Shown: one piece after another, positions 11,618 through 22,269 of the stretch | Layout: the number at the start of each line of letters is the position of its first letter | How positions within the stretch are numbered: position 1 is the first letter of the stretch | NCBI GenBank assembly: GCA_051294375.1 | Contig: JBJCIZ010000239.1 | Location: 5,909,074 to 5,973,073, forward strand | Source: Paraspadella gotoi | Taxonomy: Eukaryota > Animalia > Chaetognatha | Reading direction: 5' to 3' | DNA length: 64,000 nt | Notes under the pieces: model-generated | Database searches by the model: none | What the model was told of the DNA's origin: nothing | The model's input: the letters and a program-made list of their open reading frames with translations, nothing else | Position numbers and translations under genes: made by a program

Positions 11618-11863
11618 TGTAGACGGGCATTGCTCTATGTTAACCCCGCCAAAAAGCATGTGATCTTCGATCGTGACCCGGTGGATCATTGCGTAAAGCC
11701 ATCAGCTAGGTGCCGGGTTTAATCCCAACCCGCTACCTACCCTGCGGCAAGTGTGAGGACGGCCATAAACTGCCTTAGGGCCCTGCCTGGTTCCAAGCCC
11801 TAGCGCCCCTTCCATGGCTGTTGAGGGATAGTAGTCTTTAGCCCACTTAGCGCCTCATCTACA
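11618..11863 (+). mobile_element. 246-bp solo-LTR-like element with internal tRNA-like A/B boxes (family 2, Helenus-like)
   Basis: Ends TGTAGA...TCTACA with 4-bp TSD AACC (11614-11617 and 11864-11867). Internal GACCCGGTGGATCATTGCGTAAAGC...GGGTTTAATCCC; homologous copy at 17832-18112. Confidence 0.8.
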
Positions 11864-12347
11864 AACCTTCAGAAAACCGGAAAATTCGGAATCAATGTTA
11901 TCAATCTAATGGCCGTATTTAATTAAAAATTAGATTGTAAATTAGAGTTAAGGATTAGGATTAGGATTAGTTAGGGACTTTGATAGTGACAAGGGTTAGG
12001 GATTTTGTTTAAGGATTAGGATTAAAAATTAAAGTTTAAGTTTAACATCCAATATTAGGTTAGGGTTTGGGATTAGGAGTTAAGGTGAGGGATTTGGGTC
12101 AGGGATTAAGTTAAAGAATAGGTTTTAAATTTAAGAATATTTTTAATTTAAAAATTAAATTATGGGATAAACGAAGAGAAATGGAGTACTCTAGGAAAAA
12201 AGAGCTAGTTAATATTAATTATAATTTAATTATAATAATAATATAATAATATATAATATAATAATAATAATAATAATTATTATAATAATTATAATTTAAT
12301 TCTTTCCGACGATATTCACTCCTCCCGGGTATTTTGTTTCTGCCGAC

Positions 12348-12663
12348 CGTTGACCAAAACGACGAGAGTGACGGACGGAGAGAAGTTACGGACATCCACG
12401 ACGACCGGTTCCACGCCAACCACCGTAGCTTTGGGCAAGAGGGTCACCCGAAGCGTCTCGTTCTCTTCTTCCTGCAAAGTCCCCAAGTCCATGAGCGAAC
12501 CAAGAGCTCCGACCAGCGCCCTCTGCGCTTTGACAAATCCTTCGCTGAGGCGTCGCGCGATGTCCGCCGCGCTGTGTTTTTTAGAAGTGCCGGTGATGTC
12601 GTCGTGGTGTTGGAAAAGAGCGAGCTGTTGATGAGCCGAACGGAGGTCTCGGAATTCGTGAAA
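12348..12663 (-). CDS. Golgi alpha-mannosidase II-like (GH38), exon 5
   Basis: Hand translation LALFQHHDDITGTSK (Zn-ligand His motif QHHDxITGT) through VVLVN; aacag acceptor, gtcggc donor. Confidence 0.92.
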
Positions 12664-13011
12664 CTGTTGGTGGACAAATGGACATTACGACAAGTTCATC
12701 CCCGCTTTTGAGCTCTGCTCATTGAGTAATAACGTGGAGCGATGAAAAGATTGAGACACAAGATTGAGGCCCGAGGCATTTCCTGCCTCTGTATATGTAA
12801 ATGATAAAATTAAGGCTCTTAACCAAAAAATAGGAATATCCTAAATAATATATATAATTTTTTTTTTCAACTTTAAAAATAAAAATAATAATAATAATAA
12901 TAATAAAAATAAGCTATATATTAGTAAAGAAAGATAAATAACTACATATAAGATAGTTTTTTCTAAATATAACTGCTATATTGTGATTTCTCTTCACCCT
13001 AATCCAGAGAC

Positions 13012-13141
13012 CTTTCTCTCTCGGCTGGCCGGAGGATTATCCCTGGCGTCGGCCGAGAGTGTAAAGAAAATATCAGTCACGCGAAGAAGCGATTCCAAAC
13101 GGCGGCCGAGAACTTTCCAAGACATTCTCGTAGTGTAGTAG
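13012..13141 (-). CDS. Golgi alpha-mannosidase II-like (GH38), exon 4
   Basis: Joins YWSG to YYTTRMSWKVLGRRLESLLRVTDIFF; tccag acceptor, gtctct donor. Confidence 0.88.
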
Positions 13142-13635
13142 CTGGAGGAGGGAAAACGACAACTGAAAAGTTCAAGGTGTTGCACCGCAGTTAGTTATCG
13201 TAAACGCATGTTATGCATTATTCATTACAATATACATTACAATATATTACAATATACATTACAATATACAAGTATGAAATATTAATTATTGTTACCTAAC
13301 TTCTATGCTAAATATTGATTGAGTATTTAGTTACAATGTTTTAACTTTTTAGTTATGAAATTGGTACAACCAATATAAAATTTATCCATATTCATATACT
13401 AACCGAAAAAATGGAATTAACACTTATTGATAAGCTCCACTATTACTTGTGGTGTAAATAAAAAACAAGTTTGAGCAAACAACGTCGAATCTGCTTATGA
13501 TAAATAAGTGGGAATAAGCTAAACCGATGATAAATCACGATAATTCTTTCTGACTTTCAATTGGTGATTTTAACAGATCATAACATACCATAACAGACTT
13601 CTTAATAAATCTTTAAAAAAAATTATGAATCATGT

Positions 13636-13884
13636 GCGTAATTTGGTCAACTTGAATAATTGGGGCAACTTGCATAATTTGGTCAAATGGCATAATTTGG
13701 TCAACTAGCATAATTTGGTCAGCTGGCATAATTTGGTCAACTGACATAATTTGGTCAACTGGCATAAATTGGTCAACTGGCATAATTTGGTCATCTTGGC
13801 ATAATTTGGTCAACTGTCATAATTTGGTTTACTTGCATAATTTGGTCAACTGGCATTAATTGGTAAACTGGCATAATTTGGTCA
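13636..13884. repeat. 18-bp minisatellite (CTGGCATAATTTGGTCAA)n
   Basis: About 13 diverged tandem units; the same repeat occurs reverse-complemented at ~29752-30032. Confidence 0.9.
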
Positions 13885-13973
13885 GAAAAAAAACACGAAA
13901 TTTAAGCCATCATAAAATATAGACTATGCAGCAAACAAATTTACTTTCTTAAAAGCTATTTCCAAGTTCTCAC

Positions 13974-14728
13974 CCGCTCCAATACGATTCATCGCCGTCA
14001 TTGTACGTGAAAAAGTCTCCGCTGAGAGTCTTGAGCGGCGAAACCTTTTCCAACGCCTCGTCCGCGGCTTCAAAGTATTCGGAGAGCGTCGCGAACTTGG
14101 CCTTAACCCTCAGCTCGTCCGAGTGTTTGTTGAAGTGTTCGAAGAGCTTGCTCCAATTCTCGAACTGCCGGTCGAACTCGCCCGGATCGCTGTAGTAAAA
14201 ATCATCTCCCAGTATGACCATCACCACGTTGTGTTTGAACCACAACGACTTTTTTCGCAATTGATCCAGGAGCTTGAGCGCTTGACCGCGAAGGTTCAAA
14301 GGATCGATGGCGGGCGCGGAATCCGTCGTCCGAAAATTGTATTCGGCGCAGATCCAATGCATGGGACCGCAAGATTTGATGGTGTAGACGTGGAGCGGGT
14401 TGAGGTAGACTCTGAGATCGTCGGAGCCTTGGTCGTCCCACATCTGACGCCAGACGAACTCGGCGTCGGCGTTCAGGTCCAAAAACTCTTTCATCTTGTA
14501 GTGGATCCGATTGATGACTGAATGCTTCAGTCCGGCCAATGATCGTATCCGAGCCGCCGTCGCCGAGTAGCCGAAAGGATCGATGTTGAAGCTCGTCTTG
14601 GGGGTGTATCCTAATTTTTGTCGCAGGAAGAGATGACCCTCCAGCATCTGATCCACGAGGGCGTAGCCAGTGGGGTTGGCTTCGTCGGGCATCACCCATC
14701 CTCCTCCAGCGATTTCGAAACGACCCTC
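13974..14728 (-). CDS. Golgi alpha-mannosidase II-like (GH38), exon 3 (catalytic core)
   Basis: EGRFEIAGGGWVMPDEAN, IDPFG (nucleophile Asp), NRIHY, LGDDF (acid/base Asp), GDFFTY...YWSG. Confidence 0.96.
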
Positions 14729-15270
14729 CTTGATTGACAATATTTTTTTTAGGAAGGGGCCCCTTTTTATCCTAATTAAATTTTACAATCTGATCCTTAT
14801 TAATGTTCCCTTATCTCAAATCCCTGATCAATGGGCTGATGAGTGATGTGATATTTTTTTAAATCAAAATTAAGGATTTATATCGTTAAAATTATCTTTG
14901 ATGATTTTATGATTTTATGCAGTAAGGCGTAGTGAAAGTTGCAGATCAAAATTCGAATAGTTTTTCAAGAACAGTCTTGTAACAAAGAACATTAATATAA
15001 AATATTAATTTATCAATTTTCGCATACACCCATATCTCTACCCATCTACCCATCTACCCATCTATACCCATATCTATACTGAGCAGACCTGAGAAGTCGC
15101 CTCATCCTGTTTTATGAATTTAAAAATTAAAATTCTAAAAGTCCTCAACCGAATCTTAAATCTAAACTAAATCTAAATCTAAAACTTAATCTTAACTAAA
15201 AAACCGAACTTAATTCCAAGTTTAAAGCTTGAAAAGGAAAGCCCCTTCCGAAAAAGCAAAATTATGTTCC

Positions 15271-15675
15271 CTTGATCAGAGCATTCAAGAGGCCCCGCAT
15301 AGTTGAGTTGGCAGAATCCCACCACCACGAAAGGTAAATAGATTCCATCCAGATGAAAGTCATTTTCTTGTATTGGTGCAGTTTGAGGACGGCGTTCGTG
15401 ATGACGCGGCTAGATTTCTCGTTGTAGTAGACCTCGGCAGTCTCGAGCCAACCCGGATCGGTGTGAGAGAAAGGAACGAGAAAGACTTGCAAAGGGTCGT
15501 CCCGCCAACGAGAGAGATTGTAGTCCAAGTACAGCTTGGCCCAGTCTTTGTCCCCTCCTCCCTTCTTTGGCATCGGGAGAATTTCGTACAGATTTAATGT
15601 TGAAATGTTTACGGAGGCTTCGCGTTGATCGTTGTTGCAACTCATCGATATTTCCTTAACCGTTGAGGAAATTAA
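15271..15675 (-). CDS. Golgi alpha-mannosidase II-like (GH38), exon 2
   Basis: LQVFLVPFSHTDPGWL (Zn-ligand HxD), FIWMESIYLSWWWD. The acceptor could be at 15675 or 15654; the donor is non-canonical (see findings). Confidence 0.9.
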
Positions 15676-15706
15676 CTGTCTTGATTTGACTTGGCAGTTT
15701 TTGGGT

Positions 15707-15708
<2 letters not shown>

Positions 15709-15777
<69 letters not shown>
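15709..15777. repeat. (TC)n microsatellite; one of many GA/TC tracts (also 1-56, 1443-1480, 30880-31018, 50550-50900)
   Basis: Seen directly. Confidence 0.95.
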
Positions 15778-15783
<6 letters not shown>

Positions 15784-15859
15784 CTCTTTCTTTCTCTCTC
15801 TTCTCTTTCACGGACTTCAACAAAAAACTCCACATTAAATATTTTCTTTTTATAGAATG

Positions 15860-16065
15860 TTGGCCTTATTTTCCGAGAGTGACCCTCTTCTGTTTGGTAA
15901 ACCCAGAATTTAATTTTGACTATAACCTTTAACCTAAATCCCTAACCATAATCACAAACCAAGTCCCTAACCTTAAATATTATTCTAATCCCTAACCTAT
16001 ACCCAAACCCAAACCTTTAACCTCCTCTTTGAATAAAATGGGCCGTTCTTGGAAAATAAGGCCAA
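15860..16065. mobile_element. MITE-like element with internal degenerate (CCCTAA)n
   Basis: 15-bp perfect inverted ends TTGGCCTTATTTTCC / GGAAAATAAGGCCAA; related ends plus TTAGGG-like tracts at ~62585-62800 and ~11909-12205. Confidence 0.6.
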
Positions 16066-16192
16066 TTCGGGTCTTTAAGGGAGACCCGCCAAATAATTTG
16101 CGAAGGGGCCTTGCCATTTCTCTACACTCACCCTCACAAGACCCGGATTCCCTTTCCGGGTCGGGCTCCACCTCTTAAAAAAAAATAATTAC

Positions 16193-16324
16193 CTTGTCTG
16201 AATGCGACCACTCTTCTTTTACCGTAGGTTCGTTCCAGGCGCTGAACAAAAGGCCAATGAAGAATAGAATGATGAAGAGCGCCGCGCAGAATCGTCGGCC
16301 GAGTCTGAAGCGAAAACGAATCAT
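16193..16324 (-). CDS. Golgi alpha-mannosidase II-like (GH38), exon 1 (type II signal anchor)
   Basis: MIRFRFRLGRR basic tail followed by hydrophobic FCAALFIILFFIGLLFSAW; AAG/gtaatt donor. Confidence 0.8.
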
Positions 16325-17104
16325 CCTGGCAAAAGCGGAATAGTCAACAGCTGAATCGGTAAAGGGTTTCTTTATCAAAGTTTTTTTTCTTTACTTCATA
16401 GGAGGGAACGACGGAGCGACGTCGACTGAGGAAGGTAGCATGTTGAGAAACTTTTAAAGATAAAGAAAACAAGATGCGATAAAATTCGTACTATTTAAAA
16501 GAAAAGTTTTAAAAAATGTACAATTTTATAAGTACAGTAAATCGATTTACAAGAATTGCAAAATTTAAAAGGGAAATGGCGAATTAAAAGTTTAAAAATT
16601 GCTGCGTTGAAAAATATGCTATAAAAAAATAAATTAATCCAATATGAATTGGTGCGTAACTAATATAGTGCTAAAAATTATTATATAAAAAAAAAATAGT
16701 ACAAAATTATTTAATTTTTCTGTCCGTAAAATATGTATCCGTAAGTTTTTGGTTGAAATGAACTTTTTTTTGTTGGATGATTGTTTTAATTGCATTCGCT
16801 TTATATATATTCATTTATCTTTTTAATCTTTATCGAAAATTTGTTTGAAAGTTCGTAAAAATATTTTTGGTTGCAACCTATCTTTTTTTTTCGTTCCGTA
16901 ATGCAATTTAAATTTGAAATCTTTTACTTGCAGTTTGAAGGTGAATTCGTCATTATTTTTAGCTCACCGTCTTTTTCTTTTAATGATTTCACTTTTCATT
17001 TCTTATCTGTTTTTCCCTATTCTTTGAATCGCACGTACTCTGGGAGTGAGTGAACAAACTAAACCGCGTGCGTCTTAATCGAAAGCTTGGAGGGTCTTAA
17101 TAGG

Positions 17105-17270
17105 TTACTAGGTGCGCCGCGAGTAATCGCGGAGCAACTCTATAAGTCGCTTTTCGGTCAGTCTGTCGGTTGGTCAGTCGGTATGTCTTTCCTTCGGTCT
17201 GTCCCATTTACGTTATAAAGCGCCTATATTTGGTTACTCATTTGTTAAGACAGGAAAAAACCTCAAATCT
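17105..17270 (+). mobile_element. Helentron-associated (HINE/DINE-1-like) non-autonomous element fragment
   Basis: Short hairpin CCGCGAGTAATCGCGG, then CTCTATAAG, then a GTCG/GTCT tetranucleotide tract; similar sequence at ~9835-9990, 38030-38180 (minus) and 39140-39290. Confidence 0.45.
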
Positions 17271-17831
17271 AAGCGACTAGTAGCGCCGCTTTTTGCTTTT
17301 TAAAGAAATCTCATATAAAGTTATAAACTATAAAAAATAAAAGATGTTATTCCTGTGCAGTATCGAAAATACACGGAAATACCCAGAATTTGGTTATAAC
17401 CAAGTCACTGCAGCGCAACACAACATTTGAATTTCCGTTCTTGTAATCTTATAAGAAGGATTGAAGCCTTTTAAAACAACATAGCCTGTCCAAAGTCAGG
17501 CAAGATAGCTTATTTGTGGAACGAATTGTTAATTTTTGAGTTTCTCTCTATTAACAAGATTTTTCTTTTCTTTTCTTTACTCTTATTAATTTTTTCCCTT
17601 CTTTTTCTTCTTTTTCCTTTTTTCCATAGAAACTTTGGCTGTCGTGGTTCATTGACATCAGATCTCCAAATTGCCAAGGACGTATTGTGCGGTCAGCACT
17701 AAACGCTCGACGTCGTCGTCTTTGTCGTCGTCGCCGTCGTCGTTTTCATCATGGTCATCGTCGTTTTCGTCATCGCGTCACTGTCGTCGTTGTCGCTGTT
17801 GTTGTCATTATCGTCTTCGTCTACAACATCA

Positions 17832-18112
17832 TGTGGATAAAGCACTAAGTGTGATGAAGATGACTATCCGCAACTTCTTAAACCCCTCTAACAGCGATGG
17901 AACGGTTCCTGGACTTTGAAGGCTTGAAAGTTTTCCGGACCCCCAAGGCGGTTTATGGCCATCCTCACACTTCCCGCAGGGTAGGTACCAGGGTAAGATT
18001 GAACCCTGTATCTAGTGGTCATGACCTGATGGCTTTACTCAATGAGCCATCGGGTCACAACTGAAGGTGTCTTGCTTATAGGCAGGGTCAACTTAGGCAA
18101 TGCCCGACTACA
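17832..18112 (-). mobile_element. Family 2 solo-LTR-like element with tRNA-like boxes (noisy duplicate at ~39945-40330)
   Basis: TG...CA ends, 4-bp TSD ATCA (17828-17831 and 18113-18116), colinear with 11618-11863; A box TGGCTCATTGAG, B box GGTTCAATC. Confidence 0.8.
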
Positions 18113-18396
18113 ATCATCGTCATTTTCTTTATCGTTGTCTGCGTAATCGTTGTTGTTGACATCGCCATTGTCGTAATCTTCGTCATCGTCATCAATTTCG
18201 TCGTTGTCGTCCTTGTTACATATTTTATTCTCTTAATTGTTTTCATCGTTTCTATACCCGCACGTCAATGCGCGACCAACAATGAAAAAAAATATTCAAG
18301 TTTTATTGCGTAATAATTAATCAATGTTTTTTATCGATTTTTTTTCTCTTTAATTATATTTTTGCGGAAATTCGATCGATTTCCATGAGAGACCGC

Positions 18397-19345
18397 GGAC
18401 GACGACGACGACGACGACGACGCGACGACACGACGACGTCGAAGACTATGACGACATCGATGTTCACGGCGACGTTGAAGACGCGACGATGACGACGACG
18501 ACGATGACGACGACAACAATGACGATGACAAAGACTATGACGACATCGATGTTACGGGACGATGAAGACGACGACGATGACGACGACGACGTGACGACGA
18601 CACATGACGATGACAAGAATGACGAATCGATGTTCACGGAGACGATGAAGACGATGACGATGACGTGATTGATTGGCAGGGCGAATGAGGAGTTAGGGAA
18701 TTTTGCAGGGTGGTGCTTATAATTCGAGCCTCTGTGTATATATACTTGATTGGCAGGGCGAATGAGGATTTAGGGAATTTTGCAGGGTGGGTGGCTTATA
18801 ATTCGAGCCTCTGTGTATATATACTTGATTGGCAGGGCGAATGAGGAGTTAGGGAATTTTGCAGGGTGGTGCTTATAATTCGAGCCTCTGTGTATATATA
18901 CTTGATTGGCAGGGCGAATGAGGAGTTAGGGAATTTTTGCAGGGTGGTGCTTATAATTCGAGCCTCTGTGCGACGACGACGACGACGACGGACGTCGAAG
19001 ACTATGACGACATCGATGTTCACGGCGACGTTGAAGACGACGACGATGACGACGACGGACGATGACACGACAACAATGACGATGACAAAGACTATGACGA
19101 CATCGATGTTCACGGCGACGATGAAGACGACGACGACGACGACGACGACGTCGAAGACTATGACGACATCGATGTTCACGCGGCGACGTTGAAGACGACG
19201 ACGATGACGACGACAACATGACGATGACAAAGACTATGACGACATCGATGTTCACGGCGACGATGAAGACGACGACGATGACGACAACGACAATGACGAT
19301 TACGAAGACAAAGTCGATGACAATGAAGATTAGAAGAAGACAAGG
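18397..19345. repeat. (GAC/GAT)n-based minisatellite enclosing about 4 units of a 77-bp satellite (18667-18970)
   Basis: Recurrent AAGACTATGACGACATCGATGTTCACGGCGACG modules; satellite units seen directly. Confidence 0.9.
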
Positions 19346-19370
19346 NNNNNNNNNNNNNNNNNNNNNNNNN
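19346..19370. other. Assembly gap (25 N); identical-size gaps at 38627-38651 and 61031-61055
   Basis: Seen directly. Confidence 1.
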
Positions 19371-22269
19371 ACTCTAATCCATAAGCTAATCCTTAGCTTA
19401 ATATCTATGTTCCTAACCCTAATCCATAAGCTAATCCTTAGCTTAAAATCTATGTTCCTAACCCTAATCCATAAGCTTATCCTTAGCCCAAATCTTTAAC
19501 CTAATCTAAAAATTTACGAAAAAAAAAATTTAAGTCGGTTGATTGCCATAATCCTTTAATTATTTGACTGAATCAGTAAATTCAAACTGGTAGTATTTAT
19601 TTATTCAATTTAATTTGTAAGGTTTTGAATTCTCTGATTATATGATTATCATATCTCAAGGCGAGTCCATCTTTTCTTCTAATTATCCAATCAGAGAGTA
19701 GGTTTCTTTCAGAAAATACTGAATTCTTAACAACCATTGATTATTATATGCATTGTCACGAAACTAGTAACGAACTAGTCTCAGTGGACCTCTCCTCGTC
19801 CGTTGACCCGTCAGGCTGTTACTGGGTGACGCCGTCGTCCACTCGCCTCGTCTTCGCCGGAAGTGGGCGCGGTCTTGTCCAGCGCGCCGTCGACGGTGTG
19901 AAGCCCTGTGTCACCGGCTTTGTGGAAAGGTCCCGAGTCCATCACGAGAGTCTGAGGCTCTGGTCTTGTGGACTCTTGGTGGCCCTTCGCCCGCAAGTCT
20001 CAGGGCTAGTGGTGTACTTGTGGGGCTCGTGGCCCTAACCACAGGACTCTAGCGGATCTGGGTATGTATAATATCGTGCACAAGGTTGCCGTAGAGAGTT
20101 TGTGTGCATCATTGCTCCCGTAAAAGGCTGTGCTTTCTTAGGGTGCACCGAGGGCCTGCTGTCTGACTCTGAAAACTGTTTGTGACGTGAGAAAAGTGAA
20201 AGGAAAAACACTGATAGCGAGAGGAATACACCAGACAAAAAAGCAGTGACACGGAAAAACACTACCCAGGGTTCGGTAACAATACAACGGTCTTCATCAC
20301 CAGCGCACCGAGCATTCTCACGTTATTTTTCCACTACACCGCGGCCGAGCCTATTATGACGTTCATCCGACGCTCCCATCCTCCGCGGCGCGTCGGTCCA
20401 GCAATCAGGAGAAACTCTATGTCGTACGTATCCCCGGCACCTCGGCAAGGCGGGGATGTGCACTGCGCGCAAGCGCGTGATACCCCTATATCGCGGGCCT
20501 GCGAAGGTGAGAGTCGAGCATGAAGAGCGTGGGAATGAAAAGAGTGACGACAGACAGAGTAAACATTAAGCGAAAAATCACAACTCTAATTATTATTATA
20601 CTACAAGATTAAAATAGATGATAATTTATGGTGATTTCTAATGAGAGCTCGTCCTTTATCGTATTGCCATAGCATTTTACTGTCTGGTTAACACTGAATG
20701 ATACCCACTCCTAATTCTCCCGGCCTCTCTCTGAATGTCTATATCTTCCATTCCTGTGCTGCTTAGGCATTCCTCCACTCCTAGGAGCACATCCCAGACC
20801 GTCGTCCGACATGCGAACGACTCCACTCTCCTCTCGGCAACACGCAAAGAATCACCATCTGAAATCTAATGTAAGTCACTCGCTCTCAAGAACGCGAGTG
20901 CATTATCGCATAATAGTGGGTCGCGAGGTTCTCCAGTGTGCACTCTAGCTACCTCAGCTCGTCTCACCGTCCTTCTGCGCGCCCACTGGCTCCTCAGGCG
21001 ACCTCCGGAATATGGCTGTGAATATTATGTTCACGATAATTAAAGGAGTAACGCGCGTAGAGATCTTCCTTAGTCTGATACATACGCGGTACATCGTGGG
21101 GTCTCATCAATCGTGCGTTCTGCTACAATTCGCTCATACGTCGTGATACGGGTGAATACATACACAGACACACCTCTCGAACACCGATAACTCACTCCTC
21201 TATAACCCTGCTCCACAGTACTTATCTTACCACAATTCTCAGTACTGTTCATCGAACCAACTCCGGCTACGTATCGCGTGTGATATTACGGCATCACCGA
21301 ACTCCTGTGGGTTACACGAGTGAATACGCTGTCTAAATGAACCTGGGATATCTCCGGAATTCGAATGCTGCGATTAGTTGGTACGTAGGTGATAGTATTG
21401 CTATACAATGCTATGCATCCTCTGACGAAACATCGTCGTCTAGCATCTTATGGTCTCAACTCTGGCCGAGCGTATTGGTAGTTGGTAGACTGATGGAGCA
21501 TACAATAGCCACCTCTAGAGCTAAGAGTGAATTGTTGAGAGGAAGACGAGCTCACACATCAGAAGGTAATGTACGCACGGCGATAATAGATTTCTGAGAG
21601 CACGGATGGATGAGAGAGAGGATCCTCGAGCACTCAGAATCTAGGACATCTGAAGAGGATGAATCGAGTATGGATAGAGAATGAAGGAGATCATTATAGA
21701 CTCAGAGAATGACGAAGCAAGATATAGATAATATTCCTCATCCTCTCAATCAAACTCTTCAGAGATCACCGTCCTGTCTTCCTCGTGATCTCCTTCACGT
21801 CTTCGTCCGCCTTTATTCCTGTCGTTATATATCTCCTTTCTGTCTAGCTCCACTCGATCGGACTTTCGCACCCCTGAAACGAGTTCTTCCGCTTAAGGCC
21901 AGCAGACAGATTGCCGATTCAAATTCATTCTGTGTTATACTTCGAACTAAGCATTCAAATCCGTGGACTTCCTCGAATGCTAGAGAGTACATAACCGGAC
22001 TAGATTCACTCGGTGCGACGTCCCTTATATACATACGTTAGTATAGGATCGATCCTCTCTTAGATCCGCTAATGCAACCATCTTCGCCCACAGCCGCTGT
22101 TTACACGTCTAAAGAAAACCACTCTCTACCTCTTACGATAGTAAAATAATCATCGTTTAAAAACAAATCTCAACTTTCTGTATAAAAAAGGATTCCACTT
22201 CAAGAGCCAAGGACTTTAATGCGATCTTGTCCCAACATCCAAGTGCCCGTTTGGCTGCCGCTTGAGGTT

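Noticed and set aside
11617-11689. N-terminal part of ORF 11135-11689
   Set aside because: It lies in the inserted element and intron; coding homology starts at 11616.
19998-20043. Pistol-ribozyme-like GTGGTTAGGGCCACG...GCCCTG (minus strand) or telomerase-template-like CCCTAACC (plus strand)
   Set aside because: The pistol A-rich linker and P2 are missing, the template match is short, and the duplicate copy does not preserve either.
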